Shown: one piece after another, positions 50,386 to 62,340 of the stretch
How the letters are laid out: every line of letters begins with the position of its first letter
How positions within the stretch are numbered: position 1 is the first letter of the stretch
Origin: Laetmonice hystrix
Lineage: Eukaryota
Direction: 5' to 3'
Length of the DNA: 64,000 bases
Assembly (NCBI GenBank): GCA_965235115.1
Contig: OZ249443.1
Span: 11,594,001 to 11,658,000, forward strand
Program-made: the position numbers and the translations under genes
The notes under the pieces: generated by a model
Databases searched by the model: none
Told to the model about the DNA's origin: nothing
The model's input: the letters and a program-made list of their open reading frames with translations, nothing else

Positions 50386-50789
50386 TAGCTACAACACCGT
50401 CTTAGTACTCTTACGCCATACTATGGAGCGACAGCCTTTAGGCCCACTATAGTATTGGCGACGGTCGGAGCGGACAGCTGACCGAACGCTGGGAGGCATT
50501 GGATGGGGTCAGCCATGACCGGTGGCAGTCAGTGCCTCGACCTGCCTAGACTCGAGTCACCATTAACGACATGGACGGACTATTGACGGTCCAGTCAATA
50601 GCATGGCCTGACTGAGAGCAAGTCGCTATAGACCAGCGGTTTCAGGGAGTTAAACATGTCATAAACCCACGGTCGGCCACGTACCAGAACACCCGGTGCT
50701 ACCTGCAGCATTCCGAGTCGGGGGTCGATGGGTATGCGCAGTGCCTTCTTTTCTTGGTGCAACCAAGGTTTGATACATTTGATATACTC

Positions 50790-51465
50790 TGTTGAGGTCT
50801 TTCAACATTATAGTTGTCCTCCATCTGTTGATAGCATCCTACATCTGTTGGTCCCATTCTACATGTGTTGGTTTCTAACATCTGTTGGTCGCTTTCTACA
50901 TTCTGCGTGGGTAATTTCAATGGAACAGCCAACATGGTTAGCATGGTCAGTGGACCGGGAAAATAACACAGGGCATTCCTCCGTAATGCTGGCTGTACCT
51001 TTGAAATTACCTACTCCTGATAATGGTCAAAAGAACATTTCCGCCAGTTATGATGCCGAGGTAAGTGTGATATAATTCTACATGGGTCGGTATCCTCCAT
51101 CAGCTGATACTATTCTACATGACATTGTCTTGGTATCCTACATCTGTTGCTGTCATCTTATATTGATAGCATTCTTATAATGTGTTTCTTTCTAACATCT
51201 GTAGATATCATTCTACGTGTGTTGGTTATTCTACATGACATTGTCTTGCTATCCTACATCTGTTGCTGTCATCTTATATTGATAGCATTCTTATAATGTG
51301 TTTCTTTCTAACATCTGTAGATATCATTCTTCATGTGTTGGTTATTCTATGTCTTGGTATCCTACATCTGTTGCTGTCATCCTATATTGATAGCATTCTT
51401 ATAATGTGTTTCTCTCTAACATCTGTAGATATCATTCTACATGGGTCGGTCTCCCGTATCTGTTG
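50790..51465. repeat. 116-bp tandem repeat (3 copies) with degenerate ~18-bp subrepeats upstream
   Basis: tattctacatgacattgtcttg.tatcctacatctgttgctgtcatc... at 51111, 51227 and 51343. Confidence 0.85.
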
Positions 51466-53925
51466 ATTTTATTATATATCTCGGTATGGGGATACTCCAC
51501 GGCCCACGAATGGCTCCATGCAGGTTATGTACGCCGAGGGCGAAGCACGAGGCTGCATGGAGACATGGGGGGTGGCCGTGGTCTATCTTACTTATTCATT
51601 ACGTTGGCAGTTTGAGAAATGAATGGCGAACACCCCTAAATGACGCTGGGTTCGTTGGTCCAGTAGAATATATTTGGATCTTGGACTCGTCCAAGTGGCC
51701 CCGACCGGCCATAGAAAGTAAAGTACCGTGACCGGTGTGACCACCACCTTTTCATGGTGGTGCCAATGATCAACCTTGACCGCTTTCTGCTTTGAGTTGG
51801 AATAAAAATAGGCAAGTTCTTGTACGTGGTTTAGCAGCGCCTCTAGTGAGCTGTATCAGCAAAGACGAGTCCGTGTATATTTTCTCATAATTTAATAAAT
51901 ACTCCGATGCATATTATTTATTATGTGCACTTAGAACCTTCTGGGTTCCATATATATTGGACGCACAGCGTGAGTTTCCAGCTTTAAGATCAGAAATGTT
52001 CGCCTGGACAATCCCATGTGTGTGTTTGACCTCACGTGACCGCCGACATCGACCTCCCACCGGCTGACGTCCTCTGTGACCATCTCCTGCCCCCAGGGAT
52101 CTGCCCCAGGACGACCCTGTACCCGGGGGCAGTCTCCTGTCTCCCCTGGCCCCCGGTGTATGTAACCACGGCACGAGTCGGACCCACTGTTGTCAGTCGA
52201 TCGAGGAACTCAGAGATAACGTTCAGGGCTCCCGACCTTGACGTGGGTGATGGTATCATGGCACGAGCGAAAACTGAACTGTCTCCCAGAACGGTTCAAG
52301 TGATGGTTCATACTGAGCTGGGGGCGTGGGGGGTGGGGTGTGGGGATGGGGGTGTGGGGTGTGGTTCATACTGAGCTGGGGGCGTGGGGGTGGAGGGGGG
52401 GCCTGGGGACGTCGATATCAGCCTTGGAGACCACAATATCCATGAGGCCCGTGATGTCACCACTGTTTCTATGACCCCTGATGTGACCCATGTGACCACT
52501 ATACCAATGGCATGGTATAGTTACCAATAAAAATGAGACCCGTGATGTGATCACTGTATCCATGACAAGTGAGTGAGTGTTTGAGGGCCACTGATAGAAG
52601 TGGCACGTACTATAGAAGGACGTTCAACTACTTCCCCACATCAACCTTCGCCCCATTCATCGCCTCTTACGTGCATCCAGGGTTGGTGGCTTAGAACCAT
52701 TCTTGCCGTTGGCCCCTTTATGGGTTTCTTCAGTTACCTTATTATTTGGGTAGATTTTGTCGTATATCTCGATGAATGAGGCGAACTTAAGACATGAAAC
52801 TGTGTCTTGTTTTGTTTTCACTGCCAATGTTTGGCATCATTTCCGTATGACAATCTGGCTCTGGTGATTAGAGTCATAGAATTTCTCCAGCCCCGACCAG
52901 AATACCATGTTGCCAGTCAGCACCGGGAGTGGGAGGATAGAGACAGGAGAGGCCGACTAATTTCCCCCTTCCCTTGTCCCGGTCCACATTCCGGTGGACC
53001 GATCGTCTCAGCAAGGCCAGTGTCCGTCCTCGGGCGTGGAACAAACGACCTTCAGTCTACTACCGACCACCGAGATTTGATTGCCTTGAAATCCGCGCAG
53101 TAAAATGTTGGCGGTCGCCGACCCAGGTCCCTGCCACTGCCGTCGTCCCCTAACCTCAGCCTCCCGAGCGCCTGCACTCTCCCAACCATTATTGGCTTCA
53201 TTTTGTGGGTGGCATACCTTCTCAGGGTCAGCCCCCCTTCCTCCCCAGGTGCGCCTACCCGGAGCCCCTGCGGACTGGGGTGTGGTTCTAACGTAACAGC
53301 GTGGCGCGTCCACGTCCAGCCAATTGAGCATGCGCGGAGAGCTGGCGACGGCCGTCAGGTTGGGTGGACAGCGCCGCCTAGCGGAGACTCGAGCCTCGTG
53401 ACAATTCGACGTCCGCCACAAATCAAATGCTTGTATCTAGATTGAACGGGTGGCGTTAATAAAGTAGGTCCAGCACGCAGGAGGCTCCTGCCTGGCTGAT
53501 ACTAACCCTTGCATTCCGAAACTGTCAGAACAGGATACAGGTTCCCACATGATGCAAGTAGTGTATTTACAACTACTGGGGAAACTATTTAACGCTTGCG
53601 GCAGGGATTAATAATAGGCCTACAAGTCGCTATGTTTCTGCTAAGCGTTCGCCTATACTCGCAAAATGAGATAAGAAATTCAATTTGAAGAACCCTGTGC
53701 TCATTGTGGTTCGTCAGCAGCCTACTGCGTTGATGATACTATGAATCTGCGATTTGGGAAGATTTCAGATTATATTCAGTGTGGCATTGATAATAAATTA
53801 CTGAGGTTGCTTTCATTTAGGTTAAGCAAAAACACAAATGATATGCAAAATAAAAAACATGTAACAGATTTGGCTAATTGCAATGGTCATCTCCTCACCT
53901 AGGAGACGTACCTCAAAGCTCCCTA

Positions 53926-54411
53926 AAGCTGGCGCTACACTAGGCGATTCCATTGCGATCCCGTTGAGATCACGTTGAGATTTCACGTTCCCACGGTCGC
54001 ATCGCATAGTGTGGCAGGCTCCGTCGCCCATCGCAAGGCCGGCGCAAACTCGTTGCGACCGTGGGAACGTGAAGTCGCAAAGAATGAACATGTTCATTCT
54101 TTGCGACGACGGTTGCAGCTGAATCGCACCGTTTTTCTGCTTGCTACAAGTGTAGCCATCGCCGTCGCTCGTCGCAATGACGTGTCTACTGGATCAACCA
54201 ACCAGACTGCGGCTAGCGCATCGAAATTCGCCTTTCGCGCCATTTTGGTTGAAATGAGGCGGCAAATCAGGTGTGCGGTCCCCTGTTCGATCGCCAAGTG
54301 TAGCAGCCATACCGATGCGACGAGCGAGAGACGAGCGACCAGCATCCCCCCGGTTGCGATGGGTCGTCGCAAGCAAATCGCTTGTTTCGTCGCCTAGTGT
54401 AGCGCCAGCTT
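53926..54411. mobile_element. 486-bp MITE with perfect 22-bp TIRs
   Basis: aagctggcgctacactaggcga / tcgcctagtgtagcgccagctt, flanked by TA on both sides (53924-25 and 54412-13). CpG-rich interior. Confidence 0.9.
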
Positions 54412-55477
54412 TAGGATAAACCCAGATTAGGCCTACAACACAAACATGCAGGAGCGTGTGAGTTAAACCAAAAAGTCAATAAAGATGTGAATTACTGCCA
54501 TCCAAACGCGCATGCGCGGAGAGCTGATTATCCGGGTTATTAGACAGACCCGACCTACATTCCTCCATCCGATTCATGTTACTTCCGGTCTCGTTTTGAC
54601 GTTTTATACAATCTGTTTTCTTACAACCTCACATAGGCCTATACACAACAAGACAGCCGTGTTTGCGTGATATCACGCGAAGTGTGAAGCCACGCTCGTC
54701 ATAGCGAGATCTGTCCCAGCCTCGTTCGTCTTGATTTCCCAGTCGGCCTCTTGATGTACGGCCAAGATAGGTGATGTGACTGTGTGTTATTGACAGAGCA
54801 ACATACCTTTATGGAGCCGACATTACTAATCCCCTGGTAGAGCGCGGTCACATGGCAGTGTAGATTAAATGGTATGGGATGGAAACATATTAAGGAGGCT
54901 CCCTCGAGACAGACCATGCATTAGAGGTAACATCGTCCAAATATGTATTTTAGTTCATGTGTTCATTCGTTTTCTTTTAAAGCGAGGTCGAATAAATCAA
55001 TGTTGTTTTCTGTTTGCGTGTTCAATTTCCAGCCGAAATGTTCCAGCCTAATTGCTTTCATTTTTAAAAATTTGAAAATAAACAATAGAAGCGTACGTAT
55101 AATAATTTGTTGGTTCAGTTAACTTAAATTTTCTTACGTGACACATCATGGCTTACACAATATAGATATCTGGTTCTTCATCCGCCTCATGGTATGCCTC
55201 ATGACATGCCTCACGAGATGCCTCATGACATGCGTAAGTAGAAGGATAGTGAATTGTTTCAAAGAGGAACGAAGGTGGAAATGATTGTGAAAGAGGGCTT
55301 CAGTCACCCCCCCCCCCCCATAGGCTGGGGGCTTCCTCTTCCCCTTAGAGACATCGATTTAGTCTTGGCCTGTGACCTGTGAATACATCCCCTCCTAGCT
55401 CCTATAGTGGGAAGGGGGAGTGGATTTGAGCTTACTGGTGGCTCTTCAATAGTACCACCCTATGAACACTGGTGACA

Positions 55478-57030
55478 ACAAACAGTCCCTACCCATATAG
55501 TCTTGCCCATTACTCCAGACTTCCTACAAAAAATCCCGATCCCCACAGCCATGCCCATGACTCCCGACTTCCTACAAACAATCCCGATCCCCACAGTCAT
55601 GCCCATGACTCCCGACTTCCTACAAACAATTCCGATCCCCACAGCCATGCCCATGACTCCCGACTTCCTACAAACAATTCCGATCCCCACAGCCTTGCCC
55701 ATGACTCCCGACTTCCTACAAACAATCCCGATCCCCACAGCCTTGCCCATGACTCCCGACTTCCTACAAACAATTCCGATCCCCACAGCCTTGCCCATGA
55801 CTCCCGACTTCCTACAAACAATCCCTACCTCCACAGTCTTGCCCATTACTCCAGACTTCCTACAAACAATCCCTACCTCCACAGTCTTGCCCATTACTCC
55901 AGACTTCCTACAAACAATCCCTCCCTCCACAGCCATGCCCATGACTCCAGACTTCCTACAAACAATCCCGATCCCCACAGCCTTGCCCATGACTCCAGAC
56001 TTCCTACAAACAATCCCGATCCCCACACACAGCTTTGACTCCCGACTTTCTACAAACAATCCCTACCTCCACAGTCTTGCCCATGACTCCCGACTTCCTA
56101 CAAACAATCCCGATCCCCACGGCCTTGCCCATGACTCCCGACTTCCTACAAACAATCCCCATCCCCGCAGCCATGCCCATGACTCCCGACTTCCTACAAA
56201 CAATCCCTATCCCCACACACAGCCATGCCCATGACTCCAGACTTCCTACAAACAATCCCGATCCCCACACACAGCCATGACCATGACTCCCGACATCCTA
56301 CAAACAATCCCTACCTCCACAGTCTTGCCCATGACTCCAGACTTCCTACAAACAATCCCGATCCCCACAGCCATGCCCCTGACTCCCGACTTCCTACAAA
56401 CAATCCCGATCCCCACAGCCTTGCCCATGACTCCAGACTTCCTACAAACAATCCCCATCCCCACAGCCTTGCCCATGACTCCAGACTTCCTACAAACAAT
56501 CCTTCAAACAATCCCCATCCCCACAGCCTTGCCCATGACTCCCTACAAACAATCCCCATCCCCACGGCCTTGCCCATGACTCCCGACTTCCTACAAACAA
56601 TCCCGATCCCCACAGCCTTGCCCATGACTCCCGACTTCCTACAAACAATCCCGATCCCCACAGCCTTGCCCATGACTCCCGATTTCCTACAAACAATCCC
56701 GATCCCCACAGCCTTGCCCATGACTCCCGGCTTCCTACAAACAATCCCGATCCCCCCACACAGCCTTGCCCATGACTCTCGATTTCCTACAAACAATCCC
56801 GATCCCCACAGTCTTGCCCATGACTCTCGACTTCCTACAAACAATCCCGATCCCCACACACAGCCATGCCCATGACTCCCGACTTCCTACAAACAATCCC
56901 TACCTCCACAGTCTTGCCCATGACTCCAGACTTCCTACAAACAATCCCGATCCCCACAGCCTTGGCCATGACTCCCGACTTCCTACAAACAATCCCGATC
57001 CCCACAGCCTTGCCCATGACTCCCGATTTC
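55478..57030. repeat. 48-bp minisatellite, about 32 copies
   Basis: ccatgactcccgacttcctacaaacaatcccgatccccacagccttgc, with CA-indel variants. Confidence 0.97.
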
Positions 57031-58331
57031 GTGTGGATTTACCATAAGCAATGACCTTATAATATCCACGACCCACCCCAAACTGAGTCTGTTCCGGGGC
57101 TTATGTTGATTTATCGGGTCCCTGATACATAAGTCACAATGAGAAACACATATAACGATGCTATACAGAAGGATTTTTGACATTTTGTGACGGAACAGTA
57201 AAATCTGTACTCGAGAAACTTCGGTTCAGTAGTCATGGATAGTAGAGAATTTGGAAGTTGTTAAGAGTACCGAGGCAGAAATTCAAATCGGTTGTTTTAA
57301 TGCTGCCTGCCACTGCTAGTTTTAAATGAGAATTTATTCCTGGGCATTAAGGCATACTTTCACGTCTGTACATGAGACTGGTTCAAACAAAATGCACCGT
57401 GTATGAATGGTAAGCCTTTAATCTGAAGAAGGAAGCCTCAGAGTTAAGCTGTGGTTTGTTACTTGCGCTATAATGCAGCGATTTTGAATTCCTTACGGGG
57501 TGCAGCCTCTCTGTATGCAACATCTAGACATGCTCTTCTCTGTATAATCCTCGGTGCATGTTAAAAAAATTCTTTAAAACATCTGCCGATGGAGGGGGGG
57601 ATGCATGCTGCGAGGTAGGGACGTGGAATTAGCAGTGACAGTCAGGTGGTAAGCTTGAGGTAGGCTTAAAACTGAGTCGGCTTCAGGCAAGACATACACT
57701 TCACTTCGCTAAGCCCTGCCAGTTCTTGCCCCCCCCCCTCCCTCTCCCCTTCCTCTTTCGTTTGTCACGAGCCACACAAACACTATATATGTTGCTCAAA
57801 CCATCTGCCTTGTTGTGGTTTTAATAACTATGTGTTATGTGGCGGTGTGCAGCTTTCTAAGACAGCCTTGACCGAATTCACACACAAGTCTCCCAATTTA
57901 CGTTCTCGTAGACATAGCGAACGCAGTGGTCTGGACACCGCGCCGTCCGGATAGCTGCAGACTGGTATAATGAGCACCCAGGCTCATGTGAACACAAAGG
58001 GGAAACGTATTATTCAGCCGTGGTTAGATTCCTGATCGAGAAATGTGGTTCGAGAAATGTGGGAGTGTGTCTCGGTAACAAAAGACGGGGGCAGTGTCTG
58101 CAGACTTCGATTTGACCCGAGTTAAGCTAATCACCCGGGAATGACGGATATAGCCACCCGTCTGATACGTCCTCGAAGTTTTCGGATGTTTCCGCAGCGT
58201 CATAAGTAATTCCATTCGTACACGGATGCTGTAATTTCATTAGATTGGTGACGCAATACATTAATGCAATTAGAAATTTGCGCGCGTGCAAGCATAAGAA
58301 ATTGTCTTAGCGAGCTTGTCAGGCTGCCAAT

Positions 58332-58528
58332 GGGGCCGCTGTGGTTCAGTGGTCTAAGCCTCCAGCTCGTGACCACAGGGCCTCTTACCTCTGGGGTTGA
58401 ATCCGCTTCGAACCGCATGTGAGAATGTTTGTCAGTTACCTCCAGTAAGGTCAGTTTGTCACCTGGCAGTCTGGTGTTCTCCACCACCGACCGCCTCAAT
58501 ATGGTCCTGGCAACAGCCGAAACCAAAT
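58332..58528 (+). mobile_element. Old copy of the tRNA-derived SINE family
   Basis: ggggccgctgtggttcagtggtctaag head, degenerate B box ggttgaatcc, gcatgtgagaatgtttgtcagtt and ctccaccaccgaccgcctcaatat. Confidence 0.7.
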
Positions 58529-58861
58529 CAAGCTTGCAGGCTGCATCATTAAAGCGATAATTCGTAAAGATAAATCAGTCCTCGTTGACAGTATGCGGGA
58601 CCTAAAAATATTAATGGACCCATTGATGTGATCCAATCATATGGTTATTTTACAGCCCAACTTTCAGTGTAAGGCCAATCTTATATTTCTGTTAAAATTA
58701 CCATTCTCTCTTATAGTTTTTGTTTGTAAATCACTCCAGACTCAGAACAACATTACAAAAGCAGTATAAAGAAGTATGTTTCTACGTATTTACACAAGTT
58801 GTATCTCGAAAAGCGCTTTCGAGCCAATGTGTACAGCGTTGTGTGATTTCGTCTGTTTCAG

Positions 58862-58991
58862 GTTGGATTGGGATCGCTGGGTCATGATGGGCATGATCGG
58901 CGTTACCATAGGAACCGTGGGATTTTTACTGCATCAGTTTATTCACATCATTGCCGAGGTCAAGTGGGACAGAGCGGAACGGTATATGCAC
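58862..58991 (+). CDS. Coding exon of the same CLC-family gene (transmembrane helix B)
   Basis: Acceptor gtctgtttcag and donor CAC|gtaagt flank a 130-nt exon: (R)LDWDRWVMMGMIGVTIGTVGFLLHQFIHIIAEVKWDRAERYMH. This matches the RW-xxxxx-IG-xxxG...KW/KY pattern of CLC helix B. Phase 2 matches the upstream exon. Confidence 0.92.
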
Positions 58992-59014
58992 GTAAGTTCA
59001 CTTTTAAACATCTC

Positions 59015-59110
59015 TATGTCTCTCTATGTCTCTCTATGTCTCTCTATGTCTCTCTATCTGTCGGTCTGTTTCTCTCTCTGTCTCCCTGTCTGTCTCTCTG
59101 CCTATCTTTC
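59015..59110. repeat. (TCTCTATGTC)n / CT-rich microsatellite just after the helix-B exon
   Basis: Direct reading. Confidence 0.85.
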
Positions 59111-59740
59111 TCACACTGAGATAGAGATTCCACCGTTTACCATTGGAATCCAACACTTTTCGTTTTCTCTTTAGTTTTCTGCATTACTTTTGTATATTCC
59201 GTGAAAGTCCCCGGGCACAATTCTAGCATAGAGCATTGTGTGGGATATAGACGTTGCCCTCCAAACCTTCGTGATAAACTGACTTTTAGTAGGGGCGTGT
59301 ATATTGGAACTTGTTTTAACGAATTGATAGGATATACCACCGAATGAATATACGCATTTGCTAATCCCTTCCTTCCTACAAGAGAAAGATTAACGACATA
59401 TTTCCCGGATATGGAACCCCCTCCCCTCATCTCGTCTAAGAGCTCTACATGACGGAAGCTCTTTGAAAGCATTAAATCAGAGTTTTGCATGTTTTTAACT
59501 TCTACCAAATCCGATGTTGATCAGCTGAAAGCAACAATGTATCCATGAGGTAGTTCCATTATATTCATCGCCCGAATAATTCCAGGGACATCTGAAGATG
59601 GTTTCTATTTCATGATGGGGCCATTTTTTCAGAAGTATATTAGCGGTGTTCTCTCGCACCCCGCGTAGTGGGAAAACCAGAGGTTTAGAGGAACACAAAC
59701 GATTCCACATGACAGATCCTCCTATAGCAGTTTTCATAAA

Positions 59741-60020
59741 GGGCCTTTGCGGTGAAGCATACACCTTCAAGCGGCCTCTGCGATGAAGCACGCCTTCAAG
59801 AGGCCTCTGCGATGAAACATATACCTTCAAGCGGCCTCTGCGATGAAGCATACACCTCCGAGAGGCCTCGGCGATGAAACATACACCTTCAAGCGGCCTC
59901 TGCCGTGAAGCATACACCTTCAAGCGGCCTCTGTGGTGAAGCACGCCTTCAAGAGGCCTCTGCGATGAAACATATACCTTCAAGCGGCCTCTGCAGTGAA
60001 GCATACACCTTCAAGCAGCC
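59741..60020. repeat. 31/29-bp minisatellite, about 9 copies
   Basis: gaagcatacaccttcaagcggcctctgcgat. Confidence 0.92.
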
Positions 60021-60997
60021 TTTCTGACGAGTTCCTCTTAAACATAACCGCCCTACTCGAGCAGATGATTGTGTTGATAAAACACTGCCTCTCCACTCTG
60101 ATAGCGGTAGCGGGAGGGGGGAAACCACGCCGGAAGCTGGAGGTGTCCTCAGATCTTTAGTCGTCTTTAGATGTTCCACTGAGCCGAGATCCGGAGACGC
60201 GGAATGCTAAGGAGATTAGTGAATACACCTCGATGGTCTCCCATCCTCCTCGTCTAAGGGGAGGGAGGGGGTACGGCTCCAAAGTACCCGCCCCCTCTGG
60301 GGACGTTAAGCCCCGCCCACCAGGTCAGGGTCACCCAGATGTGATCCCCAGTATGATTTAGATCACGCCGGTTATGTGCGACAAGTTACACCCCGGTGTG
60401 AATCCAAGTTCCCCTGAAATGCTGGTCCGACGGACCTGCTATCCCTGAAGTGTAAGTCCGACATTCCTAGGACTTGCAGTCCGTGATGTATTATTGAAAT
60501 AATTCTTCATAATCCTGTCCCTAATCCTAACCTTAACCCTAATCCATTTGTATTTTCTTAATTATATTGTCTTATACCACGAAGTTGATGACCTAGGACC
60601 TGCATAACCAAGGAAGGCGGACCTCCATTCCGGCGTACTTACATTCTCTTTACCCCTGCAACAGATCCATGGTCTTCCGAGCGTGCCCTATCGCATGTCA
60701 TAGAAACGTTATGGTCGGCCTGGTTCAGACATCCTAACTTGTTGGGGCCCTGGTCAAGTTACAGCTTCACAAGGCTGGCCTTCAGAGGAAGCCCCCACAG
60801 CACCGTTATTAGAGTTCCTGCTCGCTATTAGTTAGTTCATCGCTGAAAGGTTATTTCTGGGTCGCTAGACTCACATAGGAAGATCGGTTTCAGAGGCGTT
60901 GTTGATAACGCTCTCATATATCGGCAATCTGAACCCAATCCTTTTGAGAACTCGAGACATCTGCGGGTAAGGTCTGGTAGAGTTGACGTGTCTGTGA

Positions 60998-61461
60998 GTT
61001 AGGTCTGATGTGGGTGATAGGTTTGTGGGTTAGGCCTGTTGTGGGTGATAGGTTTGTGGGTTAGGCCTGGTGTGGGTGACAGGTTTGTGGGTTAGGCCTG
61101 GTGTGGGTGACAGGTTTGTGGGTTAGGCCTGGTGTGGGTGACAGGTTTGTGGGATAGGTCTGGTGTGGGTGACAGGTTTGTGGGTTAGGCCTGTTGTGGG
61201 TGATAGGTTTGTGGGTTAGGCCTGGTGTGGGTGATAGGTTTGTGGGTTAGGCCTGTTGTGGGTGACAGGACCTGGTTTGTGGGTTAGGCCTGTTGTGGGT
61301 TATAGGTTTGTGGGATAGGCCTGGTGTGGGTGACAGGTTTGTGGGTGAGGCCTGGTGTGGGTGACAGGTTTGTGGAATAGGTCTGGTGTGGGTGACAGGT
61401 TTGTGGGATAGGCCTGGTGTGGGTGATAGGTTTGTTGGTTAGGCCTGGTGTTGGTGACAGG
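60998..61461. repeat. 31-bp G/T-rich minisatellite, about 15 copies
   Basis: gtgggtgacaggtttgtgggttaggcctggt. Confidence 0.95.
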
Positions 61462-61737
61462 ACGTCCCCGTCTTGCGAACTGACGTTTTTTATTGGGGCC
61501 CCCAAAATGCAACACCCGGCACTGATAAGCCCCACCTCCAGGGAAGTTGTCATGGAAACGGTCGTCAAGGACAACGCTTTCCACCATGAAGGCAGCAGGG
61601 GACTTTTTGGGGCAAGAAATCCATTAGATTAGTATATTAAGTGTTGCTCTCGAAACTGCAGTTCAGGGCGTGACTGGCATCGGATTTTCCAAGGTGAATG
61701 AAGTTTTTAACATTTTCGGCGAGCATACGCAAACAGC

Positions 61738-61758
61738 CTCTTCTTCTTCTGCTTCTTT

Positions 61759-61789
<31 letters not shown>

Positions 61790-61826
61790 TTCTTCTTCTT
61801 CTTCTTCTTCTTCTTCTTCTTCTTCT
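61738..61826. repeat. (CTT)n microsatellite
   Basis: Direct reading. Confidence 0.95.
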
Positions 61827-62048
61827 CCCTCAATTATTGCAATCATTGCAATTCTAACTTGAGACGTGATCGAGGGAAGAGTTCAACAGGAAATATAGCA
61901 ACAATTTCATATGCATTGCACAGATATATTCTTTATAATAGTAAATGGTAATTGTGCTCCATAGCGCTGTCTTCTTAACTGATTGGATTTCCCCAGTATT
62001 TTTCATAAATATTTTAAAGCCAGCAAATCTGGAATGACGCCCGTCGTC

Positions 62049-62340
62049 CCTTTTCTCGCAGTGCGAGTCATCTGCTGTCAATAGCATCTTTATAAATTGT
62101 TGCTAAGATACCAGCTAATTCCTTTTGTCGCAGTGCGATTCATCTGCTGTCAATAGCATATTTATAAATTGTTGCTAAGATACCAGCTAATTCCTTTTGT
62201 CGCAGTGCTATTCATCTGCTGTCAATAGCATCTTTATAAATTGTTGCTAATATAACAGCTAATTCCTTTTGTCGCAGTGCGGTTTAATCTGCTGTCAATA
62301 GCATATTTATAAATTGTTGCTAAGATACCAGCTAATTCCT
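62049..62340. repeat. 72-bp tandem repeat, 4 copies
   Basis: cgcagtgc...catctgctgtcaatagcat.tttataaattgttgctaagataccagctaattccttttgt at 62057, 62129, 62201 and 62273. Confidence 0.95.

Larger units (their letters stand above)
37634..58861 (+). other. Inferred 21,228-bp phase-2 GT-AG intron of the CLC gene
   Basis: Joining the flanking exons gives the continuous peptide ...KRQPAR-LDWDRW... No additional exon is needed. Confidence 0.8.

Noticed and set aside
55460-57054. Multiple 16-aa-repeat ORFs
   Set aside because: They come from a 48-bp minisatellite with frequent frame-breaking CA indels.
59137-60004. Adjacent 123-aa and 169-aa minus-strand ORFs
   Set aside because: One is largely the 31-bp repeat and the other is within chance length. 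Neither shows a known domain.
35196-61461. Common origin of the three 31-bp minisatellites
   Set aside because: Beyond unit length and a short GGCC core the units do not align, so it is probably coincidence.
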